Source: Adineta vaga | Taxonomy: Eukaryota; Animalia; Rotifera | Length of the DNA stretch: 64,000 nucleotides | Direction: 5' to 3' | Assembly (NCBI GenBank): GCA_021613535.1 | Contig: CP075493.1 | Location: forward strand, 15,128,001-15,192,000 | Shown: piece after piece, positions 36,431 to 49,075 of the stretch | Position numbering within the stretch: the first letter of the stretch is position 1 | Layout: every line of letters starts with the position of its first letter | Notes under the pieces: model-generated | The model's input: the letters and a program-made list of their open reading frames with translations, nothing else | Told to the model about the DNA's origin: nothing | The model's database searches: none | Made by a program: the position numbers and the translations under genes

Positions 36431-38374
36431 TTAATCTTTATGTTCCACATCAACTGTTTCTAAATCTGGATAAGAATTTTGTGTATTCGTGATTATAAAA
36501 TCAGGATCTCGAGGAATTTCATTAGTTGTTGCAGCTTGTCTTTGAACAGTTCGTTGTCTTTCTTTTCTTGAACCAAAATCATATAAAAATCGACTAAGTT
36601 TTACTCGAAGTGAATTAGTGTAATAACGACGATATCCATCATGAGATAATTTGTATTTTACTCGAATAGCTTCTAAAAGATAGAAATAGAATCAGTAATT
36701 CATTGTCATGTTAAACGATAAGTAATAAATAGATTTTTAATCAACATTAGATTATGTTCATTCTTCACAGCTATAGAAATAGTTTGTGCTTATCTATCCA
36801 AAAGTTAAAACTAGTGTTACTGTTCAAGAGAAGATCACTACTAAATAAACTATCTCAATGATGAAAACAAACGACTGTTTGGTTCTGAGTGTCATAAAAT
36901 ATTTATGAAGCTTACCATTTAATTTTTCAAAACGTGCTGGATCTAAAACATCTTTCTGGTACAGATGAGCCGATTGTGATGGTAATAAACTAGATTTTAA
37001 TTCAGCTTCTGTAAATAGTTCACGTAGAAGTTGCCTTCCATAGTCACCAGGATCTCGACCAACTATATTCAACAAATTTATATTCTTCCATATCTACAAT
37101 GATAAGACAAAAGATAAAATACTCGAACCATCGTATTCATTACTTACAACTTCAGATGGAAAATTTTCTGAATCATTTTCAGTACGAAAAGCATCTAAAC
37201 TATCAGATTTCTAGAAAAATTCAATCACAGATAGCATTTGGATTGTAAATGGTAAAAAGCTGAAAACATACGGATGATGATGGTACTGTTAAATTAGCAA
37301 CTTTTTTTGTTAATTTCGATATGTTTTGTTGAACTAAACGCATACCAGCAACCATTTGACGTTTAAAATCAGAATCTAAAAAAATTGTATCAATAAGTGG
37401 TTTATATAAAAATGGTACCATACCACCAACATTAATATCAGCATTATCAATATTTTCATTGGAATGAACATTAGCAGTTTGAAGTACATGATCTGATCTT
37501 GCATCATCAACTTAACATATGGAAACAAAATCAACATCGATTACGAATAGTAAAATATTGACTAAGCAACTCAATTTTACCTGCAATATTTTCTTGACGT
37601 GAACGATGTGTAGTTGTCTTACCATTATTGTTATGAGCAACATGAATAGAGGATCGAATTGGTTGATTTCTGTCTAATGAAAAATCTAAACGTAAGATCA
37701 GTTTAAAAATATAATATTCTTCACTAATAAACAAACTGACTTCGAGCACGATTTTCATTTTCACCAATTTTCTTCGATCGTTTCAAAGCAGCTGAAAAAT
37801 GATACAAAATGATTCATCAAAATATATAATGAAAATATTTACGCGTTCGAAAACCATCAGAAGGTCGTTTCATAACATTTGTCGACAAATTATTGTATGA
37901 TGAACAATCATTATTGTTATCATCATCATCGTGCTCATCATCGTCATTAGTTTCATCATCTAAAGATAAACTTTAAAGTAGTCTTAATAATGCATCAAAC
38001 AAATAAGTTACATTCATCATTTTCAACATCGTCATCTTCCAATTGTGATTCTTGCATTCTTAAATTTAATTCTTGTCGACATTGATCAAGAGTACCTGTA
38101 AATATAGAAAATTAATGTTTTTTTTTCAATGATATTGTTATCAGTTGCGAAAAAGTGAGTTCTTACCAGAGGTTATCACTTGTACTTGACCATTTACATT
38201 ATTTATTACAGCTTTATCATTTGTTAATTGCTGAATACTTGTACGACCAATTATTCGATATTTTGCTGGATAATCATAAGAAACCAAATAATAATGTGGT
38301 TGAATAGGATCAGATGGAGAAAATATTTGTTTGGGTTTTTTCGAGCGTTCACTTCGATGACGTATAGTTTCCAT
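36431..38374 (-). CDS. Multi-exon accessory (TnpA-position) gene of the CACTA element, C-terminal BEN-like domain
   Basis: Spliced product includes an acidic linker, coiled-coil MVAGMRLVQQNISKLTKKV and DYGRQLLRELFTEAELKSSLLP...VLDPARFEKLN/EAIRVKY; stop at 36431-36433. Confidence 0.65.
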
Positions 38375-38498
38375 GAAAATTTAGAGAGAGGTAAGAGTTT
38401 AGATCTGAAATAACAAAGAAGATTTAGATAAAAAAGTTTTCTTAAGAATTATCACAAGGTTTCAACTTCAGATAATAAACAAAACTTATTCAAAAGAT

Positions 38499-40891
38499 TT
38501 AATCGTGTTCGTTATATGTCGAGATAGGTGTAACAATTATACAACTATTCATTTGAAAGACAATGCAATGTTTTTTAATTAATTCTATACACACAAAATT
38601 TCTTTTACTAGGATGATTTTCTAGAACAAAGAAAAACATATCTAACGGTTTTTCTAATACGTGAAAATACTTAGAGTCCTTAAAGTTACTACTGTACTTT
38701 TGCTGTATACGGTGTTCATTAATACAAGCATAAGATTTATCTTGACTTCGAGTGGTTAAGAAAAATTCAATGGTTCCAAATTTCGGACACATTTGATCAC
38801 TAAAATATTGAACAAAATAACTAATTGAACGACCACGCTTGTTGTATAACAAAGCATGATACATCTGTTGATTAATAATAAAACGTCGATAAATACTAAA
38901 ACAGTCATGTACCTGTTCACAGTTACATAACTGTTTATGAACAATATCATTATTGATAATTGAATCAAGCACTAGATCATATGGTTCATTATCAATTTTT
39001 AAACATGTTGATGGTTTATCATGTAAAGAATAATCAATATTATAATAAAATGTAATTAATTCTCCATGATATCGACTACCATGATGATTTGATCCGATTT
39101 TACCAATTAAACCTTCTTGTCCAAAACAACCTATATTTGATAATGAACCATAATATTTATAAATAGTTACCATATGTTGATGCAAATGTAATACCAAGTT
39201 TTGTAAACCATCAAAATAATCGTCATGATCATGATAAAATAATTTGAATAGTTCATCAGCTATTGTACTTGTTTCTGGTCCTAGTACTGGTGCTGTATGT
39301 AATAAACGGAGAAAACATATATATAAAGCAAAATGTGACAATCGTTCAATTGACAAATACAATTGGAAATGTGGTAAAAATCCATATAGCAAAATATTTT
39401 TTATTTCATTAGCTTTCACATTTGCAAACTTGTTTATACACCTCATTTTTCGATTAAAATAATGTGGAAATTGTTGTTGACTTATTATTTGATCAAGTTC
39501 TACACGTTCACGTGGTGTGAGACGTTGATACAGACTTAATATACATGCTTTACCATGTCCTAGTAAACTTACATGCATATAATCGATTAAAACTGATTCA
39601 GGTAATGGTAAATCTAATATTGTTTGAAGCATTGATAAACCTTTATGTCCTAATATAACATTTTTCTTGTCATGTGCCATAAGTGATTGTTGTAAATATG
39701 AATGTGAACGTCGAAGAACTAATGATGATTGATATTTATACTGACGTTTGTTATCAATATGTTCGCCACGAATGTAACAAAAGAAACAGCAGTTGTAGCC
39801 ACCATGTCCTATAAAATTCAGAATCTTAGCCAACGCTGGACAATCTCCAGTAATCGAGAATATTTTTAGTTTGTAACTCAGATGCTTCTTGACATAAAAA
39901 TCTAAAATACAAAAGGCAAATTATTAATGTCAAAGACACAAAGAACTAAGGTAATCATAACAGATATATTATTAAAATAAAATGAAAGATGCACTTCTGA
40001 AATTCCCATGATAATAAGTTTCTCATTAAATTATTTCCGCTAAGAAAGATGATTAATAACGATAGACAATAAATACTGTAAACAATAATGAGATTAATGC
40101 TAAAACGTATGTTTGATTTTTCAGTCATATTCAAAGAAATATTTGTTGATGTCTAATATATAGTACGTTACGAAACACCATCATACAATACAAAATTTAA
40201 AAAATATTTTGTACATATTTTTGCTCTAAATAAAGAGCTACTATCTGTAAAGAGAAACTACCTGTCAGATTTGTGCTTTTCTGTCTTGCTTTTTTTTCAA
40301 AACTAGGTACATACCTTGTTTTTTGATACTATGTAATTCATTTATAATCGGTTTCAGCCAAAGATCTGGATCAGGTTCAACATATCCAATCCATATTGAT
40401 AACGAAATCATGTTATGACGTCGATATCGAAGTATTGATGGTAATTCAACAAATGCACCACTAAATAACCACATTTTTAATCCAGTTGATTTCGTCAGAG
40501 AAATTCCATCCAAATGTAATATCAAACTAATCATATTTTCTGTTCCAAATTGATCGAGTAACTGTTTGTATAAAATGCCGAATGGAATATCTTGTGTATT
40601 ATCAGCATCAATACCATTTAAAAATTTTTCTTTATATTCTTCAATAGAAGGAAATAAACGTCGTAACATACCTGTTAATACAGTTCGAATATCGATATCA
40701 TAAATATTGGCTTGCATTTTTTCGTTGGTAACACGGCATGTTAAACATTTTTTTTCTTCAGGATATATAATTGATTTACACATCAAACAAATAGTTCTAC
40801 GGACAAACAGATTTTGAATATTTAATGAAAATAATAAATCTTCATATGTGGATGGAAAGTTATGTGGAATAGGTAAAATTGATTTAATTAA
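38499..40891 (-). CDS. EnSpm/CACTA (Tnp2-like) transposase, N-terminus missing
   Basis: Exons 40891-40315 and 39901-38499; motifs CLMC..CLTC, LHLDG, GDCPALAKILNFIGHGGYNCCFFC, DYMH, HLHQH, CFGQEG. Confidence 0.85.
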
Positions 40892-43759
40892 CCCTGAAAC
40901 GCCCACCTGGGGTCCATGCGGACCCCAGTTAGTTTCATTCTAATGTTTTACATATACGATGACAGATTATATCACGCCACTCTAGATATGCTCTAGTGAA
41001 GAGTAGTAGAGTATACTATAGAAAGCATTCGCTTATCTCTTTAAGTCATCTATGAGATAAATTACTTCAAAATGCATATATACGTATATTGCCCACCTGG
41101 GGTCCAACTGGACCCCATATTATAACATTAGTTTTCTCCTAATATTTGATTATAAATTTTTCATTCTCATATTTTATACATCTGTCCATTCCTGTGGGAA
41201 TATTCTATAGCTGTCTAATAAACTATGAATCATATCAGTCGCATTACAACGGTATATTCTGCATATCTGACTATTCTTACAACTCTTCTGTTATTTTTTT
41301 AAATAATTATGTCTCCAATGTAAAATTTGAATATTTTCATGAATAATACTATTGTGCAGTACCACTCTACATGCATAGGTTTTTCTTTCTGCTATTGCTA
41401 TGACGTCATTATATATACATACTATATGTATATCTTATTTCGTTCTGCTATCATACGTGCATACGTACATCATTTTTCTGGTATGTTCAAGTACACATGT
41501 TTTTGTTCTCGTTCTTTCTATATGGATGAGATATGCTCTCTCTTGTAGCTTCTAGTAATTCCACTTATTTCTGCCATTTTCTAGCGAGTTCTTCGATTTT
41601 CTTCATAAAAACCTATATAAACCCATTCACTGAAATAGTAAAGTCATTATATATCTCACTAAATTACGACTATTATACGAAAACATATGGATTTGAAGAA
41701 ACGCTCTAATTTCAATCAATCGAAACACGGATCTCGATATTCTAAGCACTTCAACGATGAGTCGAACGACGAAGATGATGATGTTGATAATGATTCTGAA
41801 GATGACGAAACACCTTCTACTCTTCAAGACAGTTCTGATGAATCAGATGGTGGCGTGGTTGAAATGGATTCAGATGATGAATCTGGTACAAGTACTGTTG
41901 AAACTGGAAGTAACAGTGATGATGAACCACCTAGACGTCGAGCAAAACGTCAACCAAAGGTTGAGCAATCGCCGGTTCAAATATTTACAGCAAAATCTGG
42001 ACGTCAATGGACATCAAAGGAACCTCCCAAACGACAAATACCATCAGCCAATATCTTACGCCAGCAAAATGGTGTTGGACGACCTGCTGCAGGTATACAA
42101 ACAGTGAAAGAAGCATTTCAGGTTCTGATCACTCAAGCAATGGTTCTTATTTTGGTTAAGGAAACTAATCGACGAGCGCATCTGATCTTGGAACAATGGA
42201 ATAAGAAAAATTCTGGTAAAGAATACCAATGGAGGGATACGGATCTCGAAGAAATGTGGGCTTTCATTGGGTTATTACTCCTCGCAGGTGTTCATCGAGC
42301 AAAGAATGAAAGTTTGAATGAATTGTGGTCAATGATCAATGGACGGCCTATATTTCGAGCAACTATGTCCAAGAATCGTTTCAAAGCCTTACTTCAGTTT
42401 TGCCGATTTGACGATACAACAACACGAGAGGAAAGACAAAAGTCAGATAAACTAGCAGCAATACGAGATTTATGGACAATGTTCTTAGGCCGACTACAAA
42501 TATGCTACACGCCTGGTGGATCGCTTACGGTAGACGAACAGCTTATTCCAACTCGTGGTCGATGCAATTTTCGTCAATATATGCCTAGTAAACCGGGAAA
42601 ATATGGACTGAAGATCTTTTGGTGTTGTGATTCAGATACAGCATATCCTTTAAATGCTGAAGTTTATCTCGGTCATCAACCTGGAGCAGCAGCAGCTGCA
42701 GCTAAAGATACAAATCGAATTCGTAATTTAGTGAAACGATTAGTACATCCTTGGATCAATACAGGACGAACCATTACTACAGACAACTATTTTACCAGCG
42801 CAGATTTAGCAGAAGATCTTCTAGGTGTTCAAACAACTCTTGTAGGAACTATTCGACGAAACAAAAAGGAAATTCCACAGGAGCTGCAGCCAAATACACA
42901 ACGTCCCGAGCAATCATCGATATTTTGTTTCGATCGACAGCTAACACTAGTTAGTTATGTACCTAAAAAGTCACATGCCGTGATTCTGCTGTCATCTCTT
43001 CATCATGATCAGACAATTGTCGACGATGAAAAGAAAAAGCCAGAGATTATTTTATATTATAATAGCACAAAAGGTGGTGTTGATCATATGGACCAAATGG
43101 TTCAAACTTATTCGTGCAAGCGAAAGACAAAACGATGGCCAATGACTTTCTTTTTCAACATACTTGATCTTGGTGCTCTTGCTGCTTTTGTGGTATGGAC
43201 AACTAAAAATCCTCAATGGAATGAAAAGAAAAACTACCGTCGACGTCTATTTCTAATGGAATTAGGTTATGATTTTGTTCAGTTGCATTTGGATAGACGA
43301 CGACATCAACCACAGGCACTTCAAAAGAACGTTCTGATGGCTATACAAGCGATTGGACTAACTGTTACTACTTCACACCCATCTATCGTTTCAACGACTA
43401 CTACCAAACAACGTTGTCATTTTTGCCCAAGAGAGCGTGATCGCAAGGTTATTACTCACTGCTCAAGTTGTAATGCTCCCTGTTGTCCAGATCATCACAA
43501 AGTTGTTTGCACGACGTGTAGTGAAACATTTTTAGGATGAAAGTAGATTATACGAAAATGTTTTAGAAATAAACGATAAAATAACGAAATATAGTTTCTT
43601 TTTATAAGCTTATGAGTGTCTAAGAGACAAGCTATATACCACATAATACTACCATAGTAGACTACTTAAAAGGTGTATTATATCTATCTTATTGGGTTGG
43701 GGTCCATGCGGACCCCAGGTGGGTTATAAGTGGTAGTCCTACAGGTGGGCGTATGAGGG
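40892..43759 (+). mobile_element. Intact piggyBac transposon (2868 bp)
   Basis: TTAA at 40888-40891 and 43760-43763; TIR CCCT(G/C)A(A/T)ACGCCCACCTG; internal palindromes GGGGTCC...GGACCCC near both ends and at ~41100. Confidence 0.96.
41687..43540 (+). CDS. piggyBac transposase (617 aa)
   Basis: Acidic N-terminus; DDD triad in VDEQL, TDNYF, GGVDHMD; C-terminal Cys-rich domain CHFC...CSSC...CPDH...CTTC. Confidence 0.96.
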   Translation: MDLKKRSNFNQSKHGSRYSKHFNDESNDEDDDVDNDSEDDETPSTLQDSSDESDGGVVEMDSDDESGTSTVETGSNSDDEPPRRRAKRQPKVEQSPVQIFTAKSGRQWTSKEPPKRQIPSANILRQQNGVGRPAAGIQTVKEAFQVLITQAMVLILVKETNRRAHLILEQWNKKNSGKEYQWRDTDLEEMWAFIGLLLLAGVHRAKNESLNELWSMINGRPIFRATMSKNRFKALLQFCRFDDTTTREERQKSDKLAAIRDLWTMFLGRLQICYTPGGSLTVDEQLIPTRGRCNFRQYMPSKPGKYGLKIFWCCDSDTAYPLNAEVYLGHQPGAAAAAAKDTNRIRNLVKRLVHPWINTGRTITTDNYFTSADLAEDLLGVQTTLVGTIRRNKKEIPQELQPNTQRPEQSSIFCFDRQLTLVSYVPKKSHAVILLSSLHHDQTIVDDEKKKPEIILYYNSTKGGVDHMDQMVQTYSCKRKTKRWPMTFFFNILDLGALAAFVVWTTKNPQWNEKKNYRRRLFLMELGYDFVQLHLDRRRHQPQALQKNVLMAIQAIGLTVTTSHPSIVSTTTTKQRCHFCPRERDRKVITHCSSCNAPCCPDHHKVVCTTCSETFLG

Positions 43760-43835
43760 TTAAAAGGATATTCATGTACACACCCTCAATATAAATGATA
43801 CAATCTATGAATATACTGTCATCAATTTTGTTCAA

Positions 43836-44262
43836 TTAACTTGTACCACAAAACGTCAACTGCTGACTGTAATTATGTTGTGCATGACATCCAGGTGATG
43901 GACCAGCGGTAAATGATTCACCTTCATTACAATTGCTCATCATTATAAAACATTGATATGCATCCGCTGTCTAAATACAACGCAGTTGTTAGATACTGTA
44001 GTTCGATAAGTTTTACCAACAAATTGCGTAGCTATACAATTTAAAACTGCATTTGTCACTCTTTGATAACTATTTGCACAATTTCCACTTGAATCATCTA
44101 GATAATAATAATGATTATTTCAAGATACTTCATAACTTTGACAAGTCGCAACGAACGTTGTTGTTGTTGTTGTACATGCTAAATATGGTTCAAAATTTAT
44201 TCTATAAGATATTCGATCAAAACTTACGTGTTGCTACAGTAGCATTACAAGTAGTTGTAGAT
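43836..44262 (-). pseudogene. 3' fragment of an uncharacterised Cys-rich protein gene (Thr-rich linker + Cys domain), with stops and frameshifts
   Basis: Minus-strand reading STTTCNATVAT (donor GTAAG) / CTTTTTTFVATCQSYEVS*..YYYLDDSSGNCANSYQRVTNAVLNCIATQFVGKTYRTTVSNNC..I*TADAYQC...QLTFCGTS*. Confidence 0.6.
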
Positions 44263-44320
44263 GGGTGTGGGTGTGGGTGTGGGTATTGCCCTTATCCATC
44301 TTCACCCACACCCTCAAGAT
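44261..44320. repeat. Inverted telomere-like cassette at the junction of two broken genes
   Basis: (GGGTGT)3GGGT ... CACCCACACCCTCAAGAT. Confidence 0.9.
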
Positions 44321-45278
44321 GTAAATGGTCGACTGCGTTGCTCTTCTTCACTTTGAGTACATAGATCGACAATGAATGGACGAAATAAAAGGAGAGCATC
44401 AATATCTTCAGTACGTAAAGCTGCATTTAATCGATGATAGAGAAATGAATCACGAGTATACCATCGAATTGCATCATATGGTTCGTATGTTGAACGAAAT
44501 TCTTCGATCATTTTCAGTTGAGCTGCATTATCTCTGTAATAATCAGCACACATATCAAGCATATCATCAAGAGTTTGTTTGGAAGATGGAATTTCTTTGA
44601 GTACATCCAATAGAATTAAAGACCACATAAATGAAGCAGCTTCAGCTGTAACATCTCGTATTGCGCGTTGCTTTTGTTCAAAAAAACGAAATGCTAATGA
44701 TTGTCGACGCCATGGAAATATATCCGCCGCTAATTCTTGTAACAAAATATTCCAGTCATCAAAATAATGTAATCTTTTATTAGATGTCGATGAGTCTGAA
44801 GATGTTTTCTGATGAATATAAATGCCTTTTAGCCATGAACATTGATTACACGATTCAGCTATCTCTTGACCTTCTTGTGTTGACAGAGTAATAACGAAAA
44901 TTCTATCTCTTTTTGACGCCATTCGAATATACTCAATACAAGAGTCAAGTTCAGTGAAATATTGATAATCTTTAATAACACATTTTATTCGTTGTTCAGG
45001 TGGTATTGTTAGAGGATAAAGTGATTCATCTTTAAAAAAATAAGTAATATAATATCATCATGGCGTTCATCATTCGATGGGATAGAAATCGTTGTAAAAG
45101 ATGAAGAAATCGATGTTGATCGAGACCATAATCCACTTGAATCTGATTGTACCTCGCAATTATCAGTACTCGGTGCTTGTATGAGCACAAATTGTGAATT
45201 GATTTCGAGCGAGTTTGATGATGTTGTCGCTAGAGATTCTGATTCAGATTCGGTAGATTGATTACTAACAAATGCCAT
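44314..45278 (-). pseudogene. Truncated ADP-ribosyltransferase-like gene (N-terminal part only)
   Basis: ASFMWSLILLDVL..DMLDMCADYYRDN...AIRWYTRDSFLYHRLNAALRTEDID..FRPFIVDL, which normally precedes an ART catalytic (V)YRG strand; frameshift in the A7 run at 45034-45040; stop supplied by the telomere-like cassette. Confidence 0.7.
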
Positions 45279-45571
45279 ACTCTCACACGATCAAAGAAAG
45301 AATAAAACGATAATTTTCAATTTGTAAACTGAATTTCTTTCTTTCCTTCTTTACACAACATCCTTGAGTTTTTATTTTATAATGTTAGGCATTCAGTAAC
45401 CATTATCCGAGTAATAGGCAAATTATTATAATAGTTCGCGTATTCTTTACCTTTCGTAAGCATATTTGCCTTGTACAGGTATAAAACGTACACAAAAAAG
45501 ACAAATTTCCTTTTTTTTCATTTATTGAAAAGAAACGAAAAATTTAGATGATGAATAGAAGAAAAAGAAAG

Positions 45572-47569
45572 TTAAAGTTTATGTTCAATATTTGTTTCAT
45601 CTTTTTTCCATCGATATTTAATTATTCCATAACCTGTTATACCTAATATAAGCATAATAAGTAGAATAATTAATGCAATTCGAATACGAATAAATGGCAT
45701 TATTATATAAAATACCAGATAACCAAATGATTCCCAAAGACAAAAATTTGCAAAAGCAATTTCATTTTTTTCGGGAAATAAAATTCCATAAAGAACAGTT
45801 ATTTGTGTCAACCAAATTCCATCCGTTATACCCCAAAGTCCAATAATAACACAAAGAATAACTAATGTATTATCACCTGGCTTCCAAATAAGCATTGTAA
45901 TCACTAAAGAACAATCAATAAGAACTGCACAAATAAGAAATGGACAACGTCCAATAATTTTAATCAATTGGCCAAAAGTAAAACATCCAATAGAATTACA
46001 AACGCCATAGACAATAAAAACTAAACCAACATATTTCGGATTATTTGTGCAACTTATAAAAGCTTTTGAGAACATTGCAGAAAGAAATGCTTGTTCAAGA
46101 CCAATTAAAATTGTGATTGGAATAAGAAGAACTTGTGTTACATTTCCTATTTGTTTTATTGTAGATAAAAATAATTTCGTTGATTTACGAACCATTATTG
46201 AGAATTTTTCTGAAAAAAAAAACAACCAAATCAATTCATTTTAAGACCTAAATCAAAATTACCTCGAGATCGAACATGTCGTTGATCAAGAAAAATTAAT
46301 GTTAAAAGAATTGAACAAAAACATATACCAATATAAATAAAACATAGCATATCAATCTAAAACAATTCATAGAAGATTACATTCAAAATTGAACGAAATA
46401 ATTTACCGTTTTTCGCTCAACTGAATGAATATTTGAAGTATCATTATATTCTTTTTCATTAAAATCAGCACCACATTTGTCATACATAGTCGCATTTCCA
46501 TCGTATTGTTCTTCAGGTGATAGAATAAGATATGATAAAAGATTTCCCCAAATTTGTGCTTAAAAACAAAACCATTTGAATTAATTGAAAAAACAAAAAT
46601 AATATTCAAACCTGATTGATCAAACATATAGAAAATTCCCATCAATCGACTTGTCATTACTTCCTTTTTAACATTCGTATTTTGAGCATATACAGATGCT
46701 AAATCTGTTATATAACTATATGCTGATGTCCATAGTAATGGTGAAGATAAACCAACAAGAACAGAAGCTTAAATAAAAATATTCTCATTTATTTCCAAAT
46801 CGATTAATACGATCCCTCAGAAACTATATAAGGACCATCATTTCATCACAATAGAGCTCTAGTCGTACAGCGAGCGATATTTTCATGAAATGTTGATCTA
46901 TATTTTTTCACTTGGGATTTACCTGGATACATTATATATGCTTTTGGATAATAATTTGCGGCTACCATCAATAAAAACCTATAAAATATAAAAACAATGA
47001 ATATATATGTTCATCAATTTCTTTCGTTCTTTCTCGTAGAAATACCAGTTTGTATTATACTCTCTCCTCACATGCATTGTTCATAGAGATGAATATTCAA
47101 ATTTGAGTCCCATGATCTGGAAAAGTTTTATGAGAAATTGTCTGACCAATCCGTAAAGTTCAATAAGATAATTATTATATTTGTGTTCAAAATCTTTTCT
47201 ATAAGAAAGAGAAAAATGAGTCATGAAATTTTATTATACGTACGGTATTTGACTTAGAAATAGTGTCCATTTGAAGCCAAATACAGATATAATTGGATGT
47301 GTTAAAAATAATGATGAGAAAAGAAAACATCCATGAATTATTGATAATGAGTTAACGCCAATATTTCCATCTGTATTGATTGAACTTTGAAGGTTTTTGA
47401 TTGAATCATATGCAATATATTGAAGAAGAAATGTTAAAGATATGACTAATAAATTTTTATATGTTAAAAATCGAATATTTTCCGTCTTCTCCACTTGTTG
47501 TACGTCAATTTCAATACTGACGTTTACGCGAACTTCTACCGAATCTTCAATAGCTGAAACGATTGACAT
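45572..47569 (-). CDS. UNC-93-like MFS membrane protein (6 coding exons)
   Basis: KNLLVISLTFLLQYIAYDSIKNLQSSIN, ANYYP, PLLWTSAYSYIT, AQIWGNLLSYLIL, CGADF, GLEQAF, AFANFCLWESFG; GT-AG introns keep the frame. Confidence 0.92.
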
Positions 47570-48520
47570 TGTTCTCTTCTTATTACCGATGTGGAAATAA
47601 AACAATATTCATATATTGAATACTTTTTAAATAATCTATAATAGAAAAAAACTTCTTTATAGGCGACCAGCAAAGCAATTTGACTTCTAAAATGCATTTT
47701 CTTCAACTGGAAAGAAGTTTTTCGCCAACTTAAAAAGTTCATACTCGTGATCCCCACAGCTAACATTGTACCAAATAACGTAAAAATTTTGTACTTGACG
47801 TACATCGATTGATACGCGTTATATCTTGTGAGGATATGTATTTATTGAAGAAGAGAAACGAGTAAAATGACGAACATGGTTTTGCTTTGTTGATTTTGTC
47901 CTTAAATGACATCATCGATAATTATTGAAGATAGAAGATGACGAAAAATACCATAGTTTTCTTTTATTTACTGTGTCTAAGCAAATTTTCAAAACGTTTC
48001 TTTTTCCATATATGATTTGATAGATCTCATTGAACTCTTCAAACTGTGCATAGGAAAAAAATAGGTGAATCAACCTGTTTAATAAAATAAAAATATTCAT
48101 TCTTGATTTGCTTCTATCTTTCATTAAAATTCAAATCTAAACTTGTGAAATGTTTGAAAGTAAAGTAGAACAATATTATTTGCTTACGTCAAATTCATCT
48201 ATTTAAGTTTAACTTTATCTACTTTATTATTGAAAGTAAAATAGACTTGATCTAGTTATTTCGAAAAAAGAACAGGACAAGGTAAAATGAAATACTTCAT
48301 TAAATAGAGATAAAAGTCCTATTCATAGTCACATGTTTAATGTCTTTTGAATAAAAAAAAGAAGAAGAAGCCTCTTCGATATCTTCTTTATTGATAAAAC
48401 AAATTCTTTTTTTTCTTAAGTACTATACCTTTGTTGGTTAACTCGCGAATATATATAGTCAAGACACAACTATGTAAATTCATTCCTTTTTTTAAACATC
48501 GAACAACAACAACAACAGCA

Positions 48521-49075
48521 ATGGATAAGACTACTCAATTCATTTATATTATGGGTTTAATGTTATTAATGGTAACATTCATGACAGGAACTGCATTTGG
48601 TCATCGTCCAAGACATTTGAATAAAAAACTTCAAGATACAGATTGTGTAACAACAACAATACGTAATCAAGCATGTCATCGTGATCATTGCGGTAATAGT
48701 ACAACTTATGTTCGTGGATGTGATACATATGATGGTGGATCATGTGACAATTTAACTGTTACATATACTGTCCATAATTCAAGCAGTTGGCGTAATACAA
48801 CTTGTGATCTTTATGCTTGTCAAGATTATATCGATAATGATGACTGTGCAAATGCAAATTTAACATTTCGTTCTTGTACAAATGGAGATTGTTATAGTGG
48901 TATAACTCATATTCATGGTTGTTTTAGTTCGTCTTATATCATAAATCAATTGACTGGTCCATCTGTTCTTACTATTCTTGGTATTAATGATAATCTCAAA
49001 GATTATTTTAATATTCCTTGTCTTAATTTTCTTTTCGACACTCTTCATCAACGTCATTCGAATAAGAAGAAATAG
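48521..49075 (+). CDS. Secreted Cys/Thr-rich protein of unknown family (184 aa)
   Basis: ATG 48521, signal-like MDKTTQFIYIMGLMLLMVTFMTGTAFG, ~12 Cys, several NxS/T sites, no introns. Confidence 0.7.
   Translation: MDKTTQFIYIMGLMLLMVTFMTGTAFGHRPRHLNKKLQDTDCVTTTIRNQACHRDHCGNSTTYVRGCDTYDGGSCDNLTVTYTVHNSSSWRNTTCDLYACQDYIDNDDCANANLTFRSCTNGDCYSGITHIHGCFSSSYIINQLTGPSVLTILGINDNLKDYFNIPCLNFLFDTLHQRHSNKKK

Larger units (their letters stand above)
35889..40891 (-). mobile_element. CACTA/EnSpm (CMC)-type DNA transposon, 3' half only
   Basis: GC-rich terminus starting CCCAGGTCG with subterminal CCGTTTCC/GAAACGG repeats (35889-36165), then an accessory gene and a Tnp2-type transposase; ends abruptly at the piggyBac TTAA. 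Confidence 0.8.

Noticed and set aside
45034-45040. Programmed frameshifting at homopolymer runs (also ~6445-6452)
   Set aside because: Both genes have other lesions; decay or long-read homopolymer error is simpler.
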